Source: Vitrella brassicaformis CCMP3155 (taxonomy: Eukaryota; Protista; Chromerida). Taken from it: DNA of 64,000 nt. Shown here piece after piece: positions 13,246 to 24,850 of the stretch. Numbering within the stretch: the first letter of the stretch is position 1; each line of letters starts with the position of its first letter. Made by a program: the position numbers and the translations under genes. Where the stretch lies: contig CDMY01000395.1 in the NCBI GenBank assembly GCA_001179505.1, positions 62,001 through 126,000 on the forward strand, in the 5' to 3' direction. Under the pieces are notes generated by a model. The model had not been told where the DNA came from. It made no database searches and saw nothing but the letters and a program-made list of their open reading frames with translations.

Positions 13246-15836
13246 TCACTCGGTGCTGGATGGGGATGGCGAGAAGTAGTCAGTGATCTTGCGCTGCATC
13301 GGGTCATCGACAAAACCGATGCGGCGCACCTCTACTCGACAGTCATACCCCAGTGGAGGCAGCTCGACCGCCTCATAACCTAGCGTACGTAACGCAAGGG
13401 AGAAAGTGCGGCCATGCGATTGCATGTAGCCATACGGAAGGATGCGGCATGTGTGCAATAGGTCAAAGATAAAGGAGGGGTTTTCCCCCTCCTTCCCCTT
13501 GTCATCCTTGCCCCACTCGTCACCCTCCCCGCTCATCTCACGACACTCGAGCACAATGCGGTCGAGGTGGGGCAGGCTGCGGATGGCGGCCAGACATGCA
13601 GCAGCCACATCCTCACAGTACACCCACATCTCGCCATGTACATCCACCGACAGATCGACCTCGAGAGTGATCTGTCGAACACGCTGCCTGAGCCCCTCTA
13701 TCTGCTCTGCCTGACCTGTCTGCTCCTCAAAAGTGAGGGAACACACCGACGGCGAGAAAACGCCCTTAAGGTGTAGATAAGGACCTACGCCATCACACTG
13801 AGGCACCGAGGAAGTGAACGAAGGCTCGGAGTCACCCAAAGTGAACTCAATGACCCGCAGATTGCCTAAGTTGCCCAACGCATCCATGGCCCATGCCATA
13901 GACTCCCCCGTGCGTACCACACTCATCGGCAGGACGAGGGTGGCGACACTGGGAAATGCATGGGCCGCATGAGACAGCACTCCGTGCATCACAGTCACTA
14001 TGTCGATTGCTACCAAGCGCCTTGCGCGCTCAAACAGAACGGCTTGGTCGTCGCGAGAGTCGGGCAAGAGAAGAGAGTCGGGGAAGAGGTAGGGGAATGT
14101 CGAGCCTTGCTTCCAGTAGAGTCTCAAGCTGACACTCGTCGCAGCACGGGCGAGGGCAGCGATGGAGGGGGCGTATGCGGCCATGGTATCACTCATGTAT
14201 GCGAAGACTGCGGTTGAGAATGTGAGCTCGTCGGCGGCATGGCAGCGGACGGCGGCGTTGGGCGCCAGCCAGTGGGATCGAACCCAGTGTAACTCCTGCA
14301 GCACACAACACACCAGCCAGACACGTGCGTCCGTGTGTGGTGGTTTTCCCCCCCATATCCGCTGACCGCGATGGTGGCCTTGGTGACATTCCTGCCCGTG
14401 ATGATGGCATCCAGCTCCTCCACTTGAGGCCTGCTGACGATGTCAGGCGGGAGTGGCAGTGTGGGAGTCGATCCGCCGTTGATGACGAGGCCCCGCAGTT
14501 TCTTGACGGACGGCGACAGGATGCCGGCCGCAGACACCCACGGCACTGTCCAGCCACTGTCGAGGGTCAGTGTGTGAGGGCCAGGCGACCACCGCTTCCA
14601 CGAGGCGCACATGTCTCCAATGAAGACGCTGAGAGGGAGCCGTTCGAGGTCGCCCATGTGCACCTCTTGAACCGACCTGCATGTGAAACGCTAAAAGGAG
14701 TCCGGTCGTCCTTGTCCGTCTGGCTCGCTCGAGTCCCTTGTGAGGTGCTGTCGGGTGTGCGTGTTGCTTACGTGAGGCCCCAGGAACGATGGCAGGCCAC
14801 CCTAGTCCAATCCCCACCGACTATCACTGCAACAAGGTGGCAAACAGACAAGGGTCCGTGTGCATCGCCCTCTCGCAAACAGAGCTCACCTGTTTTGAGT
14901 TTTGGGAAGATCAAAGCGCCCTCTCCCGCTTGCCATCCCTGCTGCGGGCAGTGGCTGAAGTCATCGCCGTCCACCACCAGGCTCTCCAGAGTGCCGCGTG
15001 CCCCCTCCACCGTCTCAGCGGCCCACTCCGTACCGGACACAGCATGACAGCCCGGGTCGTCTTGCTGAGTCGGGGCAGCCACGTGGCCAGCTGCCTATCT
15101 GTGGGTGCGGTGAGCTCGGTGCCGTCGAAGTGAACCGTCTGGTGCATGTCCGGGTTGACGGCGAGGGAGTGGAGTGAGGGGTGTGCGGACGACAGGCTGC
15201 CGATGATCGTCTGGGTGCCCAACAGACACGCCAGGTGGCCGAAGATGAGCGTGTCGGGCAGGGCCAGCAAAAGGGGAGGGAAGCGGGGCTGAACGAAAGG
15301 CCAACACAGACACACAGACACGCGAGATGATGTCACTCGGGTTGAGTGCTGACATCACCAACACGTCACACCTGATTGCGCAGGAAGGCCTCCATGTATT
15401 CCAGTTTCTCCTCAGCTATTGGGATGAGAAGGCCTTTCTTGGCCATTGAGTCCTCTTGGCACACCGCATCCATAACACCAAAGCAGATTCCATACTGCAC
15501 AGACGCGTGCTGAAACCACGCCGATCCACACACACACACCAAAAAAAGGTAAGGTAACGCGACGTGCGGAGGCGCAGCTCTCCATGCCATGTATACCTGG
15601 CGCTGTTCTCTGGTCAGTCCTGCTTCGTTGGCGAATGCTTTCCGATACGCCTCCAGCTGCGACAACACACACAGAGAGGACCCAGCAATCATAGAGCGGC
15701 ACCGGTGTTGTGATCTTACTCTTTGAAGTAGGTCGTCGATCCTCTGTAGTGTACGGCGATGAGCATCAGCCGCCGAGCGCAGCACGCCCATCCGCTGCAT
15801 GTCGACAGCCACCTGGTAAGGACTGTCGGCAGCCAT
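13246..15836 (-). CDS. F-box-like / LRR-like / C-terminal PIP-box family member 1 (apparent 1-nt frameshift at ~15031; possible pseudogene)
   Basis: Three phase-0 upstream exons from ATG 15836 splice into LLLALPDTLIFGHLACLLGTQTIIGSLSSAHPSLHSLA (F-box-like). Last exon ends [29 protein letters not shown]. Clear paralogue of the 18441-20601 and 60001-61853 genes. Confidence 0.7.
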
Positions 15837-16292
15837 CTCGCTAATCACGGGCTCTTTTCGGCCGCTGCTGCGGAGATCTGTGCAGAGGAGCACAGTTGTG
15901 CGCGTGCCGCCTCCCGGTGGTGCGCCGCATCGAAAAAAGAAGGCTCGGGCAACTTAGGACATTCCGTGAAAACCGCCCAGCATCCCCTCGGGGTTACAGA
16001 CACGAGTCTCGTTAAACACAATAACCAACCAACCAACCTCCCCCTCTCTCGCAAGGCTTCTCTGTTTTTCTCGGGGCGCTGAGCCACGCGCGGGGACAGC
16101 GGCCATTGAAATCTGCATCTTTGACTCTGTGTAACACGTCAACCAGCCTTTTTCACTCACTCTTCTCCGTGCTGTCCTCTGCTCATCTCGTACGCAGCTG
16201 CTGAAGGAACAGGACAACAGGTATACACTCACTCACTCACCCATCATTGCATCTGTGTTCCGTTGCCTCTCAGGTCTGGCCGATTCGTGATC

Positions 16293-17931
16293 ATGGCAAG
16301 CGACAGCGCGGCCAGTCAGGGCCGCCCCCTCACCCTCGAGGGCATCGACATGCAGCTGCCGACCGGCGCCAACGAGCTGACCAAGCGCCTCGTGCAGCGC
16401 ATCCTCCGCCGCGACATCACTGCTGCTGGCGTGGCGGATCTCATTCATGGAGGGGCCGATCCGAACGTCGGCATCACACTCAACTCCGATGGTCGATTGC
16501 ACATGAGTGTCCTCGCTCTCGCCATGGACACCGACAGCCGCACGAGTTGCACGTCCCCACTGACCGCGAGGATTGGGGAAGCGTCGGTCATTCTGCCCCT
16601 CTGGCCGACGCGGCAGCATCACGAGGAGATCATGACGGCACTGCTGGCGGGAGGGGCGCACGTCGATGGCGACCGAGGGCAAATCGTGGTGCCCATCAGG
16701 ATGGCCAAGAGCTCCCTCAACCTCACAGCGCTCAACGTGTTGCTGGCCAACAACGTGACGGTCCGCGGCCTTGGCGTGTGGCCGATCCTCTTTTGCTTTG
16801 TGTCCCCTTCCCCCCCCTCCCTCAATCAGAGGCGGAAGAGGAGTCACTGATGGTCATATCTCGGCGCCTATTGCAACACGACCCCTCCCTTGCCACCGAG
16901 AGGAGCACGGTGATGGAAGTCACCCCCTTGCACGACAGCGGCTGCCTGGGTGGGCTCTCTGAGGCGTTCGTCAACGAGTACATGGACATGCTGGTGACCC
17001 ATGGGGCCGACATCACAGCCGAAAACAACCGCGGACGTACGCCACTGGGGTGTGCAGCCGATGAAGGCGCCTACTGGCCGCTGCTGTATCTCTGTCAGCG
17101 TCTTTCTGCGGCTGACATCAACCGCCAGCTTCGTCCCGTGAGGTGGTCGGTACAGAGGACTGCTCTCAGTTTTGCTGCACAAGGGCTGCAATGGGGTATC
17201 GAGCGTGGCGATCCTCCTGAAAAGCTGAACGACGTGCAGCGATATGGCGCATCTATCGGCCTGATGCCCACCGATCTCTCAGATATCCTCCTCCAAGAGC
17301 GGTCGTTGGTGCTGGAGCAGTATGAGGCCGTCCTCAACGACCTGCCGTCCCACGTCATGGCCGCCATCAACGCCGCCCTCGAGCCTCAGCGCGACACCGC
17401 CGCCCACATCGGCTGTCTACTCCCCATGGCGCCCCACCACGACGGTGCCTACCCCAGTCCCGCCCCGTCCAATCTCTCATTCGGTCCCCAGGAGGCGACA
17501 GCCATCGCATGGAAGATGGCGCATTCCTCCACGACCCCACGGCTGCCCGGGCCATCATTGACGAGTACCTGGTCGCCGACTCCCAGCTCAAGCGCCGCGT
17601 GAGTGCTGCCGTCGACCACTTTGTCGAGCAGGCGGCGACCAGGACAGCGAGTAATGGGGAGGTGGTGGGTGCGATGGCTGATGTGGAGGGCGAGATGGTG
17701 CGGGTGCCGCTGCAGTGCTTCGCCATCAACGGCGGGCAACATGCACAGAGGCGGCTGGCTGTGCGTGAGGTGGTGCATCGGGCGAGGCTGGACGAGGCAG
17801 CCGCATACAGCCTCACGGGAGTGGTGAAGGGCTTCAACAGCCACTTGAGCGACACCGACTGCCGGTTCCAGTGGGGGCAGCTGGGCTAAGTCGACCAGTA
17901 TGGCCAATTCGTGCCGCTGGCAATCAACTGA
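16293..17931 (+). pseudogene. Ankyrin-repeat-like lineage-expanded family member, disrupted
   Basis: Collinear with the 24851-27176 gene (VPIRMAKSSLNLTALNVLL, LLQHDPSLATE, RTPLGCAA, VMAAINAALEPQRD, PLQCFAI, FQWGQLG). Needs frameshifts at ~16803-16825 (poly-C run) and ~17517, and has TAA at 17887-17889 where the paralogue has Tyr. Confidence 0.8.
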
Positions 17932-18440
17932 GAGAGAGAAAGAGAGAGAGGGAGAAGCTTCTGGCCTTGTCCAGTAGTACTGTGGATGGTGACGGGATTT
18001 CGAGTTTCGTTCGCTATCCAGTGTCAGGTTGTACTGTCCATGGTGTACAGATGCATGAGCAGTTTTAGTTCTGTATGACGGGAGACTCAAGTATGTGCAA
18101 TTAAGATGTTGTCGATCCGTCGCAAAGCAGCGTATACATGCACATGTGTTGAAGCCAACATGGATGCACTCACACAGAAAGGAGTCTCACTCGCACACCC
18201 AGATAACCACACGACAGCGGCCCCTGGTACATGGCGTCTGGATCCGTCGGCGGATCACCCACCTGCAGCTCAGCTGTCGGGATGCTGACGGGTGAGTCGC
18301 CGACCGCTTTCCCACGCACATGCACAAAAGGCACGCAGAAGACACGCGCAAGCAAGTATATCCCGCCCCTTGCAAGCCCCTCTGTACACCCTGGCCCCAC
18401 CCACTAGACACGCTCTACGTCCCCCCACCCGATATCTGTC

Positions 18441-20601
18441 TCACTGTCTAGCCACAGAGAAGTAGTCAGTGATGCGCTTCTGTGAGGGGACGGGCAGGCC
18501 CAGCCGCCGCACCTCAACACGACAATCGAACTCTACGTGTGGCAGCTCGACCATCTCAAAGCCATACTCACGCAGTAAGAGGTGAAAAGGCACTCGAAGA
18601 GCATCTGGTGGGGTGCCCGGCCGGTGCGTCAAGCACTCTTGCAGCACTCTCGCTATGTCGCCCCCTGCCTGCCCCTGCTCCCAGCCCTGATCCCCCTCCA
18701 CAGTGATGTTGACAAAAATGCTCTCCAGGCAGGACAGGTGGTGAGTCGCCCGCACACACCACCAAGCTATCTCCTGACACGACTCGAAATCCACAGAACC
18801 CTCCGTGTCGCCTTGCTCCCAGTACACCCATGTGTCTTTGGTGGCCTCGCGAGCTCGCTCAGCGAATGGCCTGTCCTTGTCTGTCTGATCCACCCTCAGC
18901 CATGTCTCGTCTTCGCTCTCTTCCGAGAACGCGATTGTGGTCTCGAGCAACACTGCCTCGAGCATCGGCAGCTGCCCTAGTACTCTCTGCACCAGCGCAT
19001 CAGACATGTCATCGACCAGCGCCTCCGCCCGTGTCACGCATGGGAAAAGATGAGGCACATGCGACAAGACAATCTCAGCCAGAGGGGGGCCGTCACTAGG
19101 CTGGCTTTCTACAGTGAGTGTGCGTGCCCGAGAGAACACCAGCGACGGGACAAGACCGTAGAGAGCGAGATGAGAGACCCCAGTGCCAGTGAGGTGAGTG
19201 CTCATGGACACCTCTGTAGGCACCGAGGCCAGTGTCTTGATTGTGCCCGCACAGCTACGAAGCACCTCGCTCGACATACCCGATGAGTCGTACAAGGACT
19301 CCAGGCGGAACCAGAAATCGCTTCTGCTCCAGTTCTCGGTGACGTTGGGGGCGAGGCACAGCTGTCGAAAATCATCCACATTCTACATGACACAGACAGA
19401 CAGACAGACACACACACGCACACGAACACACAGACACAGAGGGAGAGAGAGAGAGAGAGAGAGAGGACTGTGTCTTGATAAATGCGTTAGGGGTTGCCGC
19501 CTTGTGGATGAAGATCGTACCTCGATGTCTTGAGTCGACAAGTATTCGGGGGACAGGGCGATGTCGACCTCCTCCAGCCTGAGGTCCCGCTGAGCCAGCA
19601 GCTGTGCGCCCCCGTGGGTGAAGCACGACCTGATCTCGAGGCGCAGCACCTTCAGGGCGCTCAGGTCAGGCACAGATGTGGTGACCCGCAGAAGCTCCTG
19701 CAGTGGGAGCGTGTCGTAGGGATACGGATGGGTGCTCCAGCACCCATCATCGTCGTACTCGAACGACCGCAGGGCTGGCGCGAAGGACCGCCACCACACA
19801 CCGAAACCGATCACGGGGACCAGCAATCGGCAGTCGCGAACGCTCAATGACACGAGCGACCTGCAAAGCCGCACAATCAACAACAAGGCACACACATGAG
19901 AATCGCTGTGTTGTGTGTCATTCGCTGTCCTTGCCACCTACCGCAGTGCCCATCGCTTGCGTGGCGCCGCCTGCGCCCAGTCGCCGCCCACACGCGCCTC
20001 CTCCAGCACCGGGAACTCCACCAGAGACGCCCCTTGACGCTCTGACAGCAGCCTGGGCCTGCCGTGCCGCTCTGAATGCGAGTGGTCCATCTCGAGGTAG
20101 GTCAAAGTGTTGCTCGTGCCCTCCACCAGACTCGTGATGCTCTCCGTCACCGGGCAGAACAGCACGGCACGCTTGGTCTTGCTCAGTCGGGTGAGCCAGA
20201 CGCTGAGCTGCTGGCCGGTCAGGTGGATGGCCTTGGCGGTGTGGATGTGGACGCAGAGGTGGGTGGAGGGCTCAGCGGCGATGGTGTGGAAGGCCTTGCG
20301 GACGAGTGAGAGGGTGCCGATGATGCACTGGGTGCCCAGGAGAGGGCTGAGGAAGGTCGAGATGGTGTCGGACGGGACAGTCCACAGGGGAAGTGACGAC
20401 TGCAAAAGCAACGAAGCACCACACACAGACGATGATGTGTGGATAGCGAAGCAAATGGGCGGTGTGTGAGTCAATGCACACCTGCTGCCCATGGTTCGGT
20501 GTGTCCATGTCATCGCTATCAATCACTCGGCCATCATCATCGTCGTCAACCAACATCCCATCTACATCCTCCTGCAGGCAAACACGACAAAGCGCCGCCA
20601 T
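18441..20601 (-). CDS. F-box-like / LRR-like / C-terminal PIP-degron family member 2 (appears intact, 4 exons)
   Basis: ATG 20601 (MAALCRVC...). F-box-like [37 protein letters not shown]. LxxLxL-type segments (FPVLEEARV, LRSLVSLSV, LSALKVLRLE). Ends CRVEVRRLGLPVPSQKRITDYFSVARQ*. Confidence 0.8.
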
Positions 20602-21317
20602 GGTTGCGGTTTCTCTTTGTTGTTTGCCTCCCGCCCTCTCCCTTACCTCCTCTTGACGTGGGCAGTGTCGTTTCGCCATCAGAAGACCTCCTCAAGCCAC
20701 CGACCCGCTGATGCCCACTTATCCATCCCGCAGCCGGATCCTCTCCGTTCTTGCCACAGATGCAGTGGCCAGATCCTCCTGACGGTCATGCAGCCGGAGA
20801 TCTGCCGTCTTTTGGGATCACCCCACCTCTTTGAGCTCGCAAGTGCCTAGGGTGCTCCATGAAACCGCTGCTGCATGGAGATCTCCGGCTTGCGGTAGCC
20901 ATCCATGGGCGTGTCGGAGGTCTCATCGAGAGCCAGCTGTGGCTAAGACTGAGCGGGAACCGCCCCAAACTCTCGAGCCCCAAACTCTGGAGCGGTTGCC
21001 CTTCTCCCCCTCCGAAAGGACGACAGGATCCGGTCCACGGCCGGTCCTGCCCCAGCTCTTCTCTTCCCACAGCCCTACTGAAGTGAAGCACGGTTGTTTC
21101 TACCCTTTGCATCACGTCCTGGTGGGGGTAGTGTCCGCTCCCTGTTGCTCTGTGTTCGCCTCTCCTTCCGCTGCCAAAGGTGCGCAGAGGCCCACTCGTC
21201 CATCTCCTGTCTACCGCGTGTTCTCTTGTCCCCCGCCCTTGGCTGATGCACCAATCCCGTGTGTCTCCAGGTTGGCCCGTTGGTTGAGCGATTTGTTTTG
21301 GTTGACAACATAACATC

Positions 21318-24025
21318 ATGAGTGACTCGGCAGTCAAGGTGGCCGTGAGGGTGCGGCCCTTCAACCAGAGAGAGAAGGGCCTCGATGCCGTCTGCTGCAT
21401 AGCCATGGTATATGGAGAGACGGTCGCTCCCGGGAGCTGGCTTGCCCGCCCCGACGTGGATGCGTTGTGTTGTGTTGTGTAGGCTGGACCAACGACGACA
21501 ATTAATGATGTCGACGGTGGGACGGGAGAGGAGACATTCACATTCGACTACTCATTCTGGTCGCATGATGGGTAAGTAAGCAGCGGAGCTGCACACTCAC
21601 GTGCCTTCGCAGGCGGTGCAGACTGTCATTTGTGCAGGTTCGCCATAAGCGACGAGGGGCTGCTGATCCCTGAGGATGGGAACAGCCCTTATGTCGACCA
21701 GAAGAAAGTCTTTGACTGCCTGGGCGTGGAAGTGCTGGTCAGTCGGCCAGACAGCCAGCAGGCTTTGGGCATCCATGCCGCAAGATCAAGACAACTGGTC
21801 TGTCTGTCTGTCTGTCTGTCCTGTCTGTGTCTGCTTCTTTCTCAGAACAACGCGTGGACAGGGTATCACTGCTGTCTGTTTGCGTACGGGCAGACGGGCG
21901 CGGGCAAGTCGTACTCTATGGTTGGCTTCGGCCCCAACAAGGGCATCATACCCACCACGTGTCAGGACATCTTCCGCCGCATCGGGGAGAACCACGACCC
22001 AGCGAAACACTTCGAAGTGACGGTAAGCAACAGCCGGCTGAGCTTGACTGACAGGAGCCGCTCGCTCAACTCGTGTGAATGTCTGTGTGCATGGGTCCGA
22101 GTGTGCAGATCGGTATGCTGGAGATCTACAATGAGAAGATCCAGGACCTTCTTATCCATGCCAACCAGCGAACAAAGGTGGGATCGATGAGAACCAACCA
22201 GGTCCCTGTCTCTGCGTGTGGTGCTGTGTGCTGTTGTGCTCTGTCAGGGTGGTCTGGAGGTTCGCGAGTCGAAGCAGCTGGGCATCTACGTGCAGGACCT
22301 GACCAAGCGGGCTGTCAACAGCTACGAGGCTATTGAAGACCTTGTCGACGAGGGGACGGCGAACCGCACCATCGGCTCCACCCTCATGAACGCGTCGGTC
22401 TTCACACGCTAATGGAAAGATGCCATTGATCGCCTGCGCTTACTTGTGCCTGTCGGTCTGCTTGTCTTCTGTGATAGGACGAGCTCCCGCGCAAACACGG
22501 TGCTCATCATCGAATTCACACAAGTATGGATGGATGCTGTATGTGACACATGACAATCTACCTGTCTGTGCGCCATGTGTGTGGAAGGTGACGACGTACG
22601 ATATGGGCAAGGAGGGCCGCAAGCTCTCAGTCATCAAACTGGTCGATCTCGCCGGCTCCGAGAATGCCGAGCAAACAGGTGTGCACACAGTCGCGTGAGC
22701 ACACAGAGAGAGGATTACACACACTGGCGACGGACGGCCTTCAGTTGCTATAGCCAGTGCTATCAACAAGTCGATGTCTGCATTGAGAAACGTCATATCG
22801 GCACTCGCAGACAAGGGCTCAGGTGCCCGGGCCGGTAACAGACAGACATACAGGTACACATTCTCCTGTGGACATTAAGGCAAGTTGAAGAAGGGCCAGC
22901 TCATCCCCTACCGAGACTCAAAACTCACCCGACTGCTGCAGGTGGAGATATCCAGTCGTCAGGCACTCACACGCGCGTCACTCCTCTGCTGAATGCTTCA
23001 GAATGCCCTCGGAGGCTCATCGAAGACCATCATGATATGCGCCGTGTCCCCCGCTTCGTCTAACTACGAAGAGACACTGTCGACACTACGATGCGCCGGC
23101 AAAGACTGACAACAACACAGGCGAGGGTGATTTGAAGTCTCCACTTGATGCTTTAGATCGCGCCAAGAAGATCATGAATCACGCTGAGATCAACGAAGAC
23201 CCCACGGTGAGACGAAAACAGAGAGACAGACCGCCCGTATGTTGTCTCGCCTCCTGACGCATCTGTGAGTGCAGGAGAAGTTGTTGAATCAGCTCAAGAG
23301 GGAGAACGAGCGACTCAAGGCGCTGCTGGGAGGTACATACACAGAGAACAGTAGTGCGTTCAACTCGTGTTGGCCGATGTGTCTGTGTCTGCAGGCCAGG
23401 GAGTGGCGACAGGGGGAGGTCCGAACGGCGCCGGCGGTAGTGCTGTGAGTGAGGCGGAGCGGATGCGAATCGTGGAGAACCACAAGAAGGAGATCGCCGC
23501 AATTGAGAAGGCATTGGTACGTATATGTGCAAGTGTCGAGCATTAACCATACGCCGGTCGTCTGTCATTGTGTGTGTGTCTCGCAGGAAGAAGAGGAGGC
23601 AGCCAAACAGGCCGCCAAACAGGCCGCCGAAAGAGCAAAGGTCGTCCATTCAATGGAGTTAGACGTGGGATGTCTGTCTCGTCTCGGCTGCCTGGCAGGG
23701 ACCTCGCTGTGTGTTGTGTGTGTGGTCAGGAGGCGGCTCGCGATGAGGGCCTGCGTCGGTTTCGGCAGGAGATGGATCGCATCAAGACGCTCATCCAGAC
23801 ACTAGAATCACAAGTGGGTGGGGCCGGTGTGTGTGTGTTGGTGTGTTCCGTGCTTCATCCATCCAGCTTGTGTTGCTGCAGTTAGCTGGCAACGATGCCT
23901 CACTGACGGTCGGCGACCTGTCTGTGGTGGAGAGCCACACGAGGCGTGGCGGCGACTGTCTCAAGGAGGCGGTCGACTACCTGAGCAGCAAACACACCAC
24001 TCAGGCAGGAGGGGTCGTCAGATGA
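21318..24025 (+). CDS. Kinesin-3-like motor protein with a short coiled-coil tail and degenerate motifs
   Basis: [27 protein letters not shown]-loop [65 protein letters not shown]. About 16 exons. Confidence 0.9.
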
Positions 24026-24069
24026 GGGGCAGAAAAGGAGATTCTTGCGTTAGCGTGTGAGTGCTATGA

Positions 24070-24260
24070 GCGCGTAATGGCTTCATACTCACTCGCCAGC
24101 CTCACTATCGAGTCGAGTGTGACATGATCGAGGTAGAGTGGGAGAGCTTTCTCGGGCCTTGTGCATTCACGCTGGACCTGGTAGCTAAGGGCCAATAGGG
24201 AGGCGACAAGTGGGAGAGGTGGGTAGTCTTTGCGTACTTGTGGTGTACGGTCAGACTTGA
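24070..24260 (+). repeat. Dispersed repeat / gene-end relic, copy A (homologous to 28215-28358)
   Basis: Aligns without indels to 28215-28310 and with a small gap beyond. Translates ECDMIEVEWESFLGPCAFTLDLVAKGQ* versus ECELDGLDGETNVASCVFTLDPVAKGQ*. Confidence 0.7.
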
Positions 24261-24850
24261 CGCGTGTCGTTTTGATGCGTCATGCTGCTATGTATGTACT
24301 GAGTTATGCGATGACATCCGCCCACACATCCACTCAAGTCTGATGAACCCACACCCCCACACATGTGCCACCGGCCTCTCGATCTAGGAGGCTCTTTTCG
24401 CTTCACACAGCATCAATTGACGCGTCCTCGAGCTGACTGGTCGGCCAGCACGAGAAACCATCATTGAGAACCGTGTCAAACCGAAAGACGTCACTATACA
24501 GCGCGTCAAAACGCTCTGTCTGGCCAAGTGGAGACACTGTCGACTGGAGACACTCTCTGCACAGATCTGTATGTCTATACACACACACTAGACAAGCGCA
24601 CCCTTACAGACAGCAGCCGGGGTCGTTGTCAAAACAAGCAGCACTCACGGCAGACAGACATGCAGAGAGACATGCAGGAAACGGTATTCACACAGCGGGA
24701 GAGAGACAGGCAGACAGACAGACAGGAGACAGCCAGCCAGCCAGCCAGCATTCTGTCGCTTGGCGGCCAGAGTGGTCGGAACACACAGACACGAAACGAC
24801 ACCCCCAGCCTCCCTCAAGCTACGGAAGAGTCCCTTCCCTCCCCTCCCTC

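Noticed and set aside
17887-17889. In-frame TAA aligned to Tyr (also TAG at 42725 and stops in the 28-kb relic) as a sign of stop-codon reassignment
   Set aside because: The same loci also carry frameshifts, and intact genes terminate at TAA, TAG and TGA (e.g. 53874, 10197, 18441). Pseudogenisation is simpler.
20700-21300. 251-aa and 160-aa ORFs between family member 2 and the kinesin
   Set aside because: No recognisable motifs or consistent exon chain. More likely divergent promoter and 5'-UTR sequence.
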